Of a DNA stretch of 36,512 nt, positions 36,011 through 36,512 are shown in pieces; positions within the stretch are counted from its first letter, which is position 1, and each line of letters opens with the position of its first letter. This stretch comes from Candidatus Woesearchaeota archaeon (GTDB taxonomy: Archaea; Nanobdellota; Nanobdellia; Pacearchaeales; GW2011-AR1). The notes under the pieces are model-generated. The model had not been told where the DNA came from. It searched no databases and worked only from the letters and a program-made list of their open reading frames with translations. A program made the position numbers and the translations under genes. The stretch covers positions 1-36,512 of the forward strand of contig CAYIJD010000001.1 of NCBI GenBank assembly GCA_964363655.1. Reading direction: 5' to 3'.

Positions 36011-36512
36011 ATGGCTTTAGAAAGAAAAATTGACGTTTATAGTTTTGGAATAAATAATAAAGTTCAAGTTATACCAACTGGAAATAAGTTAGAAACTAAT
36101 TCAGACTTAACAAAGTTTATTGAAGAAACTTGGAAGCCTAAAAAAGAAAAAGGCTGGAAAAGTTCTTGGATTCCAGTTGTAACTAGAATTAACGAAGATA
36201 AAAATTTATATAAAATTGAGGCAGGAGCAATGACTTACTCTCAAACACACGGAATATTAAAAGCTATAAAAGAAAAAAAGCATTTTGCTCCAAAAGCTAT
36301 TAATAATTTATCTATTGGTGTAATTACTGTTACAAAAGACGATTACATATTATTAAGCAGAAGAAATCCTGAATTATATCATGCAGGAGGCGTCTGGAAT
36401 TTTAATGGAGGTTATATGACTTCGTTATTAATTGATAAGAATAATTGTGATAATTCTAATTTTATTAATGATTCTAAATTATTTAATATAAATGAACAGT
36501 TAGAAAGAAGGA
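36011..36512 (+). CDS. uncharacterised protein (3' end outside the window), paralog of 32015..32965, Nudix-like segment
   Basis: Open frame from ATG 36011 to the window end with no stop. ILLSRRNPELYHAGGVWNFNGGY resembles the strand/loop preceding a Nudix box. It is absent from the ORF track because it is truncated by the window edge. Confidence 0.6.
   Translation, partial: MALERKIDVYSFGINNKVQVIPTGNKLETNSDLTKFIEETWKPKKEKGWKSSWIPVVTRINEDKNLYKIEAGAMTYSQTHGILKAIKEKKHFAPKAINNLSIGVITVTKDDYILLSRRNPELYHAGGVWNFNGGYMTSLLIDKNNCDNSNFINDSKLFNINEQLERR

Noticed and set aside
1-36512. Visual scan of the whole window for CRISPR arrays, tRNA or rRNA genes, transposases, integrases and reverse transcriptases.
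   Set aside because: No regularly spaced repeats, no GC-rich tRNA-like segments with T-loop motifs, and no ORF with recombinase or RT signatures were seen. A formal tRNAscan or Infernal run was not possible.

Overview
This is a very AT-rich prokaryotic window. The gene content, the TTTAAATA-like boxes about 25-35 nt upstream of several start codons, and the small compact genes suggest a DPANN-type archaeon or a similarly reduced uncultivated lineage; the sequence alone cannot settle this. No rRNA, tRNA, CRISPR array, transposase or integrase was recognised.

The window has two parts.

(A) Bases 1 to about 8500 are accessory.
- The 3' end of a radical-SAM gene is duplicated as a 42-bp perfect direct repeat (446-487 and 2806-2847). 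The repeat brackets a 2.3-kb cassette carrying a nucleotidyltransferase gene, an array of four perfect hairpins, and a convergent DUF2283-like/DUF4258-like gene pair.
- Next come surface and membrane protein genes.
- Next come a truncated N-terminal stub of a type IIG restriction-modification (RM)/PglX-like gene, a translationally coupled pair of PD-(D/E)xK nucleases (one Cas4/RecB-like with Fe-S cysteines), and a RelE/ParE-like toxin locus.

(B) Bases about 8500 to 35000 are a large surface-glycan biosynthesis island.
- It encodes a GT-C/GT39-type (ArnT/PMT-like) membrane glycosyltransferase, two GT2 and one GT4 glycosyltransferase.
- It carries an ADP-heptose-type branch that looks decayed: gmhB has an in-frame TAA, the pfkB kinase has a homopolymer frameshift, and the cytidylyltransferase-like gene has QxAH in place of HxGH.
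- It carries an intact fused sugar-1-P nucleotidylyltransferase/GHMP-kinase gene, followed by GDP-mannose-dehydratase-like and RmlD-like genes.
- It also encodes a B12-binding radical-SAM enzyme next to a 2Fe-2S ferredoxin, a sulfotransferase, and a pyruvate-kinase-like protein that lacks the C-terminal domain.
- rmlA and rmlB are present, together with a sugar C-methyltransferase fused to an RmlC-like cupin and several SDR epimerases.

The right end carries a DUF4258-like toxin (frameshifted) with a zinc-ribbon/AbrB antitoxin, a possible HicA remnant, and a partial paralog of an uncharacterised Nudix-like gene.

Three genes need a -1 correction at a homopolymer run. This pattern may be a sequencing artefact rather than biology. 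All family assignments come from motif recognition by eye; no database search was run.
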